NCBI GenBank assembly: GCA_023205875.1
Contig: CP060760.1
Location: 434,001 to 498,000, forward strand
DNA from: Chloropicon primus
Lineage: Eukaryota
DNA: 64,000 nucleotides
Direction: 5' to 3'
Positions 23,732 to 33,432 of this stretch are shown here, in pieces; position 1 is the first letter of the stretch; every line of letters begins with the position of its first letter. Under the pieces are notes generated by a model. That model saw only the letters and a program-made list of their open reading frames with translations. It ran no database searches and had not been told where the DNA came from. A program made the position numbers and the translations under genes.

Positions 23732-25114
23732 TTAGAATTTGTTGAGCTTCGTGACGAACCCAACGCGGATGCACTGGTCGAAGGAACCCATGCAGCACAG
23801 GCCCTGCTTGTCCGGGCTCCAGTCGAAGCTGCAGATGGGCTGGCTCGACATGCTCTTGGTGGAAAGGATCTCGATGGTTCCCGCAACGCCGACGTCCTCC
23901 CCGTTGTCGTCCTTGGTCCTCCTTTGGTCCGGGTAGTGGTACTTGTAGAGGTTCAGCGCACCGTCCCCGCCGAGGAGCATCATGAGCTCCCTGTTCTGGG
24001 GCAAGTGTTTCACGCCCCACACCGTGGTGGCGCTCGCGCTCTCCGCTTCCTTCTTCTTGGCCTGCTCCTCGGCGTTCTGCATGGCGATGAAGCTCGGCGT
24101 CGTCTTGTACGTCTGGACCGCGCTCGCAAAGCCCTTGGTGGCGTGCTGGGTCCTGGCGTCGAAGACGTGGAACTTGCTCTCCAGGCAAGCGACAACGAAC
24201 TTGTTCATCTCGATCTCCCTGCGATCGAACTCCACCCCGCACACTCCGTTGCCCACGTTTCCCTCCCACCTGACCTTGTTCATCTTCAGGTCAAAGATCT
24301 TCACGTCTCCCGAGTCGTAGCCAGCGATGACGCACCTCTCCTCGTCGTTGTAAGAGTGCCCGAAGCCCACCGTCCAGCAGTCTCTGACCGGCTTGGGCGC
24401 AGCCTGAGCCTTGTCGAGGTCGTCGTCGCTAGACACCGCGCTCCCTTTCGGCTCGAACACGGCCACGGGGAGGTCCTTCTGCCTTGGATCCCAAACGCAA
24501 ACCCGCCCATCCCTGCCACCCGTGCATATCTCCGGAGCACCGTACCCCCTCATGCTCCCGCCGATTCCATCGATGCAGTTGATGATCGCGCCGTGCGCGT
24601 TCTTCACCGTGTAAGTAGGCTTTATCGTGTCCAAGTCAAAAATTTCAAGCTTTCCTTCGAAGTCTCCTGTTGCCACTTGAGGGTCCCTCAACGTGGATGC
24701 CCCCATCGTGCAGCACTTGATACTCGCCGGCCTGACCTCCTTCTCCTCCACCGTGGAGAGCTCCTGCTCGCCCAGCTCATAGACGTGGAGCGCGCCGGTT
24801 CCTGTCCCACCAACCCCCCACACACACACACACATACACACACACACACGAAGACGAGCAGCAGGACAACCGGGGAGAGTCAGGACGAGACACGCTCCAA
24901 TCTTCGGTCACATGCCGCGAAAGACGAAGCGCAGAAAGGTTCCAACCGTGATTTGACTCCTCGACCCCCTGGTCGGAATCCACTTACCTCTGGCATACGC
25001 TCCAGCAGCAACGAAACTGCTTGTCCCTGGAATCCATTTGGTGTCGAAAACCGTCCAGGCCAAGCTCTTCTGCAAGTGTTCCAGGATCTGGGGGTTGGAC
25101 TTGTAGTCCACCAT
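23732..25114 (-). CDS. WDR92: WD repeat protein WDR92 (DNAAF10; R2TP/prefoldin-like dynein assembly factor), 2 exons (25114-24988, 24801-23732)
   Basis: PQILEHLQKSL..TVFDTKWIP, GAPEICTGGRDG.VCVWDPRQ, DCWTVGFG, FHVFDARTQH, HLPQNRE, QPICSFDWSPDK.GL. Confidence 0.92.
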
Positions 25115-25644
25115 GATGACTGGCCCCTCCGCTTCGCAGTCTTCCACTATCGTATACCAAAAGCCAAGAAGGAACAAAGCCAAGATCTCTCTCTTCTTTC
25201 AGTTCAATTCAATCGTCGTGCAGTCCTCCTCAGTGGTTCATTCTTTTCGAGCGAGAGCTTGAAAGAAAGAGGGAGAGAATCTCGTTCCGGCACGACGCGA
25301 TCAAAACCTCCTTGGCCTCCGCCCTCTCCGCCTCTGGACAACGTACGTACCTCTCTCTCTCTCCTTCGCTGAGCGCGATCGCTGATCGATCTTGGGCTGT
25401 CTGATCGATCGAAGGCGGGAAGAGGGGAGGCGACCCTTGGTGACGGCGAGCGGTTGGATCGGGGGGGTTGACGACGACGAGGGGCGCGTGGAGGAGAGGA
25501 AGGAACCCGAATTTCACGAAGGTACGTCTCGCGAGCTTTCGATCGACACCCCGGCTGAAGGATTTGCGTCGCGGGGTGAACCATGCGAGGGACGACATAG
25601 GGACGAGAAAGTCTGCAAAGGCTCGGCTCGCTTGAGGGTTGAGG

Positions 25645-27852
25645 ATGAGCTGGCTGCAGTTGGGCGGGGTGGTGCGCCGAGTGGTGGCGGATCTCGGGGT
25701 GTTGGGCGGGATGATCCACAGGTCGAGAGCCGACAAGGGGCTCTGGCCCCAGTCCGGTGCGCTCCTTTCGTCGGCCACTGCCGTTCCAGAGGAGGTGCCT
25801 CCGGCAGCAGGACGGGGGGCCAAGGGGAAGAGGGTGAAGAGGAGGAAGGAAGTTTTCACTTGGAACGAGATGAAGAAGGTCAAGTACAACTCGTTTTGCA
25901 ACAAGATGACGCCCTCGGACCGCAGGAAGGTGAAGCAGATGCTGAGCTGGCTGAGGTGCAGCGAGAGAACCGAAGTGGACGCTCTCCGGAAGCTCCACGT
26001 GAGCAAGGAGCTCTATCCGTCTTCCATGCGCAACTTTTGCCAAAAGTTCATGGGCCACGTGACCGAGGACCTGAAGAACCACCTGATCGAGCTGTACCCC
26101 TACAACCCCTTCAAGGTCGGGCAAGGGCAGGGTTCCGAGGAGTCGAGGAGGAGGGAGGCCTTGCAGAACGTGCTCTTCGGGCTTTACGGGGAGTTCGTGG
26201 CCAGAGACCTGTCCGAGCAGACGGAAAAGTACAGGCTGAGCGCCCAGTACTCGGACATGAGGGGCAGCCACATGTGGTACGCGTCAGCGCGTGCGATGAA
26301 GAGGAAGCTGATCTACCATGCCGGCCCAACCAACAGCGGGAAGACCTACCAGGCCCTGCAGCGGCTGGTGGAGGCGGGCACGGGGGTCTACTGCGCGCCC
26401 CTGAGGCTCCTGGCGGCGGAGGGATACGATACGTTGAACAGGCAGGGTGCCATCACCGATCTCATCACGGGCCAGGAGATGAAAACGTCCCCCTTCGCCA
26501 CGCACTCGGCGTGCACGGTGGAGATGGTGGACCTGGGAAAAGAGGTCGACGTCGCAGTCCTGGACGAGATCCAAATGATCGCGGACCCGGACCGCGGGTA
26601 CGCGTGGACCAGGGCTTTGCTGGGAGTTCCTGCCAAGGAAATTCACGTCTGCGGCGATGACTCCGTGCTTGACCTCGTTCAAAGGTTTGCCGACAGGATG
26701 AACGAGGAACTGGAAGTGAGGCACTACACTAGGCACAAGCCCTTGGAGATCGAGCCGAAGCCCCTCAAGGATTTTGCTAGCGTGCAGCCCGGAGACTGCC
26801 TGATCGCGTTCAGCAAGAAAGAAATTTACAGGCTAAAGCTGGAGGTGGAGAGCCAGACGAACTACAAGTGCGCCATCGTCTACGGCAACCTCCCGCCGGA
26901 GACGAGGAGGCAGCAGGCCGAGCTATTTAACGATCCGGGGAGCGACTACAAGGTGCTGGTCGCGACGGACGCGGTGGGGATGGGGCTCAATCTGAGCGTG
27001 AGGCGGATCATCTTCACGAAGATCGAAAAGTATTGCGGGACGACGAACAAGCACCAGGTGCTCAGCAGCTCCCAAGCGAAGCAGATTGCTGGGAGAGCGG
27101 GGAGGAGGAGCAGCAGTTACGAGAAGGGTCTCGTCTCTGCGTTGAACAAGGAGGACCTGAAGACAATCGAGAGGCTTATGGACGCCGACCTCCAAAAGCA
27201 GAAGCTTGCTGGGATTCTGCCACCGTACGAGCAGATCGAGATGTTTGCCTCCCTGCAGGCCGACGAGGTGGTCCACAACCTGGGGAGGTTGTTCCGTGCG
27301 TTCGCAAAGACGGCTCAGCTCGAGGACGGCTTGTACTTCATGTGCAGGACCAAGGACATCGAGACCATGGGCCGGCTGCTGACGAGGTTTACGGACATGT
27401 CGCTCGAGGAGAAGTACAAATTTGTCATCGCTCCCATCGACACGAGCAACAGGGACATCGTGCTGAGCATGCTGAGGTACGTCGAGGATTTCGTCAAGAG
27501 GGAGCCGGTCTGCGTGAACGTGAGGCTGCCGAAGCCGAACAGCGAGACGTACTTGCACAAGCTGGAGAACTGCTTCAAGATCCTGTCCCTCTACCTTTGG
27601 CTCGCCCTTCGGTTCCCGGACGAGTTTGTCGAGAGGGAGAAGGCAGAGATCCTGCTGGAGCGGTGCACCCACGGCATTGAGGAGGCGCTTGAGAAGCTCA
27701 GCCCAGAGAGTGTCGAGCAGAAGAGAGTCTTTCTGGAGGCGTACATCGCGTCACCGAAGAGGTCCGCGAGGTCCCTTCGACCAGCTCCCGCCAAGCGCGA
27801 GAAACAGAAGAAGGAAAAGAAGAAAAGAATCAAGGGAAAGAAGGAAAGGTGA
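25645..27852 (+). CDS. SUV3: SUV3-like mitochondrial ATP-dependent RNA helicase
   Basis: HAGPTNSGKTY, CAPLRLLAAE, CTVEM, DEIQM..RGYAWTRALLG, YGNLPPETRRQQA, ATDAVGMGLNL, KQIAGRAGR. Confidence 0.95.
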   Translation: MSWLQLGGVVRRVVADLGVLGGMIHRSRADKGLWPQSGALLSSATAVPEEVPPAAGRGAKGKRVKRRKEVFTWNEMKKVKYNSFCNKMTPSDRRKVKQMLSWLRCSERTEVDALRKLHVSKELYPSSMRNFCQKFMGHVTEDLKNHLIELYPYNPFKVGQGQGSEESRRREALQNVLFGLYGEFVARDLSEQTEKYRLSAQYSDMRGSHMWYASARAMKRKLIYHAGPTNSGKTYQALQRLVEAGTGVYCAPLRLLAAEGYDTLNRQGAITDLITGQEMKTSPFATHSACTVEMVDLGKEVDVAVLDEIQMIADPDRGYAWTRALLGVPAKEIHVCGDDSVLDLVQRFADRMNEELEVRHYTRHKPLEIEPKPLKDFASVQPGDCLIAFSKKEIYRLKLEVESQTNYKCAIVYGNLPPETRRQQAELFNDPGSDYKVLVATDAVGMGLNLSVRRIIFTKIEKYCGTTNKHQVLSSSQAKQIAGRAGRRSSSYEKGLVSALNKEDLKTIERLMDADLQKQKLAGILPPYEQIEMFASLQADEVVHNLGRLFRAFAKTAQLEDGLYFMCRTKDIETMGRLLTRFTDMSLEEKYKFVIAPIDTSNRDIVLSMLRYVEDFVKREPVCVNVRLPKPNSETYLHKLENCFKILSLYLWLALRFPDEFVEREKAEILLERCTHGIEEALEKLSPESVEQKRVFLEAYIASPKRSARSLRPAPAKREKQKKEKKKRIKGKKER

Positions 27853-27994
27853 ACGGGACATGGCAACGGCTGCGGGAACCGTCCGCTCTTCTCTGTACAA
27901 TAACGGATTCATTCATTCATTGTAACTTATTAGTTTCGTTCATCTTCTGCTTTTTAGTTTTTTGGGGGGAAGGGAAACCCAGAGAAGACGGACG

Positions 27995-30106
27995 ATGACG
28001 GTGCCGACGTCCGCCCTGGAGGAAGTGGGCTCGAGCTCGTGGTGGAAGCCGGAGAAGTTCAATGGAGGGGAGAGCGACGCGGATGGGAAGCCGGCCACCG
28101 ACCACCTCGCTTACGTCGACGAGCTTCGGCTCTATGTCCCTCACGGGCAGATCCAAGCCGAGCTGAAAGCCCTGTTGTCATCTCTCAAGCAAGAGCTTGT
28201 TTCTTTGATCAACAGGGACTTTGACTCGTTCGTGAACCTGAGCACGAACCTCGTGGACGTCAGCTCCTCGGTCGACAGGATACGAGACCCTCTGCAGGAG
28301 CTGCGTGCGACTCTGGCGGCGAAGAAGGAGGCAGTGGACAGGGAACTGGTGTCGCTGAATGACGGGTTGAGGCAAAGGGGCGAGGTGAAGAAGGCCAAGG
28401 CGATCCTGGAGCTCGTGCAGGACACCACGAACGTGGTGTCGAAGGTGGAGAAGCTCTTGGCGGAGATGACTGTCGATGGTGGGGACGGGGAGGACCAGAC
28501 CGACGCAAGAAGCCAGCAACTGGAGAGAGTGTCTTCCGAGTACAGCAGGCTCAAGTACTACCTTTCCAAGGGCAAGGGCCTGTCCTTCCTGTCCAAGCTC
28601 GAGGACCAATTGAGGATGCTGGACGACAAGTTCTTTGCCTTGCTGGACTCCTGCGCCAGCACCGCGTTCGAGAAGAGGCACATGCCAACGATACAGAGAT
28701 GCATCAACGCGTACAACTCTGTGGGGTCTCCCAAAGCGGCGGAGCAGGCGTTTCAGCAGGCCATCATCCGTCCAATCGTGGCCCAGACCCTCCTCACGAG
28801 CACGGAGTCTCAGCCCGAGGGCGGGAACACCATCAGAGACGTGTACAAGAAGCTTTTGGTGGAAATTCAAGGGCAAGCGGGAGAGATCATCGACAGCATC
28901 AATAGCCAAGTCTCGGACAGCTACGGCTCCTCCTGCAACGTTGCTGTGGCCATTCTAGCGGAAGCCGATAAGGCTGTGTCATCCTCCCGGCCCAACATCT
29001 ATTCGCCGGGGATACCGGAGGCATTCCATGCGAACTACTTGGCCTCCGTCGACTTCCTGAACAAGGTGGGGGCCTACTGCCCAAATCCCGGACTGCAGAA
29101 AGAGTTCCAAGAGTCCCAGGCGGTGAAAGCGTTCTTGCAGAGGTGGAACCTCACTGTATACCACTCGCTGAGGTATCAGGACATCGCCAGCACGTTTGAG
29201 AAGCACATCGCTGGCAAGCAGGCTCAGGTCAGTGAGAAGGGAGAGCCCTTTCATCTGTCTGCCACCAATGTTGTGTTCGAGTGCCTCATGAGATGCTTTG
29301 GGAGCAACGTGTTTTTGCCTCCCCTCGCAAACAAGTTCTGCAGGCTGTCCTTTCAGTTGGTCTCCAGGTACAGGGTGTGGCTCAAGGCCGGCCTCGCCAA
29401 GCGGAGAGACGCCGCGAAAACCGAGGCGGCGACCAATGCGGACTTTTGGGCAAACCTCTCGACGAGCGAGCTCATCATGATCGTGAACGACGTGAAACGC
29501 TTCGCGAGCAAGGTTTCGACGGAGCTGAAGGGACAGATCAACGAGGCGATGGGGGAGCTCGACGGAAAGCTTGTGGACATGGTACTCTCGGAAATTGAAA
29601 CAAGTGTGAAGGAACTCGGCTCGGCCACGGCCATCATCAAAGACGTCCTTGGCGGAGACGTCTTACAGCAGTGTGTTGACCTGCTGAAGCACGTCAGAGG
29701 AATCACCGCGACGTACCGGATGACGAACAGGCCTATGCCCACGAGGGCTAGCCACTACGTCCAGGGTCTCCTCAAGCCGCTGAGTATCGTGAAGGGGGAT
29801 CTGACGGAGCTTGGGGATGAAGTGCTCACGTCTGTGGCTGAACAGCTGACCAAGAAGTACGACGAAACGGCCGAGGATCTCTTGAGAACGGTCCAGCAGA
29901 CAGAAAGCAGCCTGAAGAGGCTCAAGGAGAGGCAGGGGGAGCAGGGGGGCGGGAACCAGGAGGCGGGCAGCGAGCCTGCCGCGTCGGACGCCGACAAGAT
30001 CCGGTTACAGCTTTCCTTGGACGTCAAGGAGTACAGCAGGCAACTTGAGGGGCTGGGACTGGACCCTCCAGAGTTCCCAAAAATGAATCAATTGCTTGCG
30101 AACTAA
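27995..30106 (+). CDS. COG2: Conserved oligomeric Golgi complex subunit 2
   Basis: ELVSLINRDFDSFVNLSTNL, SPGIPEAFHANY, RWNLTVYHSLRYQDIA, YRMTNRPMPTRASHYV, TESSLKRLK, SDADKIRLQL.LDV. Confidence 0.9.
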   Translation: MTVPTSALEEVGSSSWWKPEKFNGGESDADGKPATDHLAYVDELRLYVPHGQIQAELKALLSSLKQELVSLINRDFDSFVNLSTNLVDVSSSVDRIRDPLQELRATLAAKKEAVDRELVSLNDGLRQRGEVKKAKAILELVQDTTNVVSKVEKLLAEMTVDGGDGEDQTDARSQQLERVSSEYSRLKYYLSKGKGLSFLSKLEDQLRMLDDKFFALLDSCASTAFEKRHMPTIQRCINAYNSVGSPKAAEQAFQQAIIRPIVAQTLLTSTESQPEGGNTIRDVYKKLLVEIQGQAGEIIDSINSQVSDSYGSSCNVAVAILAEADKAVSSSRPNIYSPGIPEAFHANYLASVDFLNKVGAYCPNPGLQKEFQESQAVKAFLQRWNLTVYHSLRYQDIASTFEKHIAGKQAQVSEKGEPFHLSATNVVFECLMRCFGSNVFLPPLANKFCRLSFQLVSRYRVWLKAGLAKRRDAAKTEAATNADFWANLSTSELIMIVNDVKRFASKVSTELKGQINEAMGELDGKLVDMVLSEIETSVKELGSATAIIKDVLGGDVLQQCVDLLKHVRGITATYRMTNRPMPTRASHYVQGLLKPLSIVKGDLTELGDEVLTSVAEQLTKKYDETAEDLLRTVQQTESSLKRLKERQGEQGGGNQEAGSEPAASDADKIRLQLSLDVKEYSRQLEGLGLDPPEFPKMNQLLAN

Positions 30107-30178
30107 GGATTCGTTTATTAAAGTACAGGAAAGCATATATTTTATGAATATTTCTCGGGGATAAGCTCGCTCGCTCGC

Positions 30179-30967
30179 TCACGCGACTGTCAGGTCGTCG
30201 TCGTAGTACAAGTGGATGACAGGCGTGTGGAAGTCAGAGGCGATGCCTAGGGACTCGAAGGTTGGCTGGTCATCCGCGATCCCATTGTCCTGCAAGGTGA
30301 GCGTCATGTCAAGGTTCTGAAACACGAGCTCCTTCTCCTCGTTCGGCTTGAGTGCCTTCCAGGTGTAACTAGCAGCGTGCGCGTTGTATTCCAAATAGCG
30401 TGCCCGGATCTGACCCACAGTCTCCTCCGATGGTACCTCCATCAAATGCTCGTGCCCAGTCAAGACGTTCTTCACCCTAATGCTTCTCGTCGATGCCGAG
30501 AGCTTACCAATCTTCAGGGTAGAGTCCTTCCACCACGGAACCTCGAAGCTGTTGTCCCAATCAGACACAGGCTCAGCAGGTGGAACGTGCACGAACCTTC
30601 CTTGAGGGATGTAATACGTCTTCATGTTCTTGATTGGGTCCACGTACTTCTTGAGGTCCCCTGTGGCCTCGTCGAACCAGTGAGAGATGTCCGTCCCTGC
30701 GCACTTTACCAAGGGAAACACGAGTGAACTCCCGTCCGACTCGAGTTCCCTCGTCTGCTTGCTCACCACTGGAGTGAGGTCGTACACATTTCCAAGGAAA
30801 GAGACCCACAAGTCTCCAGGCTTGTTGTGGAAAGCAACCTCCTTGGCAGTGTAGTACTCCGAGCGCCTAATCTCCTCGCTCTCTGGAGCAGACTCCGTCT
30901 CCACCGCTTTGGCCTTCTCCATAATGAGATTCTCGGCCTCGGCTGGCTGTCCTGCTTCTGCAGTCAT
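30179..30967 (-). CDS. CYB5D1: Cytochrome b5 domain-containing protein 1 (cilia-associated)
   Basis: YYTAKEVAFHN...DLWVSFLGNVYDLTP, AGTDISHWFD, GRFVHVPP, PWWKD, YNAHAASYTWK, IHLYYDDDLTVA. Confidence 0.9.
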   Translation of the reverse strand: MTAEAGQPAEAENLIMEKAKAVETESAPESEEIRRSEYYTAKEVAFHNKPGDLWVSFLGNVYDLTPVVSKQTRELESDGSSLVFPLVKCAGTDISHWFDEATGDLKKYVDPIKNMKTYYIPQGRFVHVPPAEPVSDWDNSFEVPWWKDSTLKIGKLSASTRSIRVKNVLTGHEHLMEVPSEETVGQIRARYLEYNAHAASYTWKALKPNEEKELVFQNLDMTLTLQDNGIADDQPTFESLGIASDFHTPVIHLYYDDDLTVA

Positions 30968-31658
30968 GTTTCTCGGTGGTCTCAAACTCGCACAAAACTG
31001 GAAGCTGGAATTGCACAGGCAAAGAAGAGAAGAGAGTGTTGCGGTGGAACCTTGAATCCCTCAATGGACCTTGGCCTTCCTTCCTCGGTCCTCCCTTTCC
31101 CAAAGACTCGGTCTTGGCAGTCAGCTCAGTCCCCTACTCTAATGAGGAAGAGGAAGGAAGGGAGGGCAAAGTCAAAGATGAGACTTTCCCTTTCCAGGAG
31201 AGTCGTCGTACACCGAATGGAGGAGGACACGAGGGGGACCAGGAGGGAGAGATGGGAGGGGGAGGACGACGCACAGGCTCCTGGAAGAGGGGCTGCAGGT
31301 GCACATTCACTTCTATTCCATTCCATTGGATTGGATGGTTGCCTTTCCCCTCCTCTTGCACCAAAGCAAAACATTGTTGTCATCGGTTGGTAGAGAGGGG
31401 AGGAGACGAAGGCGAGAGAGAGAGCGGGGGGAGGGGGTTCCATGGATGAAACGTAGAATGGATTACATGGGCCCATTTAAGGCATTCACTTCAACTCGTT
31501 TGCTTCCTTTCCCCTCCTCCGCGCCACCAAACCTTTGTGTCATTGGCTGGCAGGGGAGGAGAGACGACGTGGCACCTTGCGAGTGTGCACAAGGCCCTGA
31601 GCCCGAACCTGCTCCCAGCAGAAGTCATGGCAGCTTTCTGCGGTGGGGATGGAGATTG

Positions 31659-33024
31659 TCAGTCCGACTTTTTCCGGAGGCCCAGAGCCTTTGCCACCAC
31701 GGGGGTAGTGGCCACAGCAATGGGGAATCGCCCGATCTCGAGAAGCTCGTTCATGACGAAAGATACCCCGAGGTTGCCCCACTCCTTGCTATTTTCCCCG
31801 AGGTTGAGCTTCTCCACGTCCACGAAGTTGTCCACGTACGGAATTTTGGAGAGGAGCTCTATACCGTCCTGACCCCCCATGAGGCCGTTGTCGAGCGCGA
31901 CGTAGAGGCCGCCCCAACTGATGGCCCACAAGAGAGTCCACCAGCCCAAGAAGGTGAAACCGTACTGCTTAATCATCTCCAGCTTTTGGTTCGTCTTCGC
32001 TTGGAGCGCAAGCTTCCCTAAAGGTTTCTCCCCCGCTCCGCTCTCGCCGCTGCCTTGGCTCGATTGGGCCGCCCTCCGTCCTAGCAGCTTCGCCACCACC
32101 GGAGTCACCGCTATGGCCAAGGGCAGCCTGACCACCTCCAAGACCTCGTTTATACCGTACGACAGGGCAACGTTGCCAAAGGTTGGGTTTATCAGCGTGA
32201 TGTCGATCCCGAGCTTGTCCAGCCCAGCGTGCTTGAGTATCTGAATGGCATCCGCGCCACCGACAAGCCCGGTCGAAAGGGCACCGTAGATACCGGCGAG
32301 GGGCACAGCGTACAGCGTCCCCCAGCACATCATGAACGTCACGCCGTACTTTTGTATCATCGCAATCTTCGAAGTCGGCTCGGAGGACCCCGAAACCGAT
32401 GCTTCCTCTCCCTCCCCTGCACCCTTCCTCTCCTTGTCAGCCACGCTAGTGTACAGCCTCGCTGGACTGAACCTCCCGAGGCCAAAGCCAAAGTCAATAC
32501 GTCCCTGATTCCCTCTATCCTCCATCATCCCGAGCAAAGAGGACACCGTCCGCCCTCCGAGCTCAGCCTTGCCACGAAGAAAGAAAGAAAGAAAAAACGA
32601 AGAGACCCGATCAAACGTCGTGTCAGTATCCATTCCTCCATGGCAGTGGCTCACACCAACACCATCACGCGCTCCATTGAAGTGAGGAGTCGTTCGAAAG
32701 AGAACGAAACGAGTATTCCGCTCTTTCCTCTCTCTCTCTCTGTCTGTCTGTCTGTCGAACACCATCACGGCCCCCCCTCTCGTCGCCCCCGCCGTTGTCG
32801 TGACTTACCTCGTACGAAGCCGTGGTGTAGTAGCTGCATCCCAACGTCGTCGTCGTCGTCGTCGTCCTGGTGAAGCTGAACCTCGTGGACGGAGCGAAGA
32901 GAAGCGCAGAGGGCGAGAGGCGAGGCTCGTGGCACGAGGAGAGAAGCCTCGCCCACGCCGTCCTCGCCTCGCTCACGCACCGTCGTGACTTGCCGAGCAA
33001 ACGCACAGAAGACGTCACCGCCAT
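31659..33024 (-). CDS. Mitochondrial membrane protein with two tandem DUF1279 (FAM210-like) domains, 2 exons (33024-32809, ~32567-31659)
   Basis: Arg/Ser-rich presequence and a GTAAGT donor at 32808. Two copies of MI.KYG.TF..W...Y.AL..GL.GG.D.I....GN...S...NE.LE..R.P.A.A.TPVVAK. The acceptor site is uncertain. Confidence 0.72.
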
Positions 33025-33432
33025 GGCGAAACGAAACGATCAGTTTGGGATCATCGATCGATCGGGGCGGAGGGAGGAGAGGATCTTTGGAGCGCTTTGC
33101 GATCGAGTGATCAGCGACCGATCGAAGAAGGTAGAGGCGAAGGGGGTAAGAGAGGACGAAAGTAGATCTCGAGATCTTTCCGTCGATACCTCGGTTGACT
33201 CGTTTGACGCTCGGAGTGATCGAGGAGGAGGAGGAGGAGGAGGAGGAGGAGGAAGAGATTCATTCAGAGAGGGGAAGGAGAAGTTGGGGGTAGCTGGGAG
33301 AGCGATGGCGAGGAGGGCGAGGGAGGGGAGGGGCGGACGAAGGGGAGAGACGTGTGGAAGCGTCTTCTCGCGATCTTTCCGCAGAGTGGTCGCTTGAGAA
33401 GAGTGTCTCACGGACGGAAGAGGAATTTGAGG

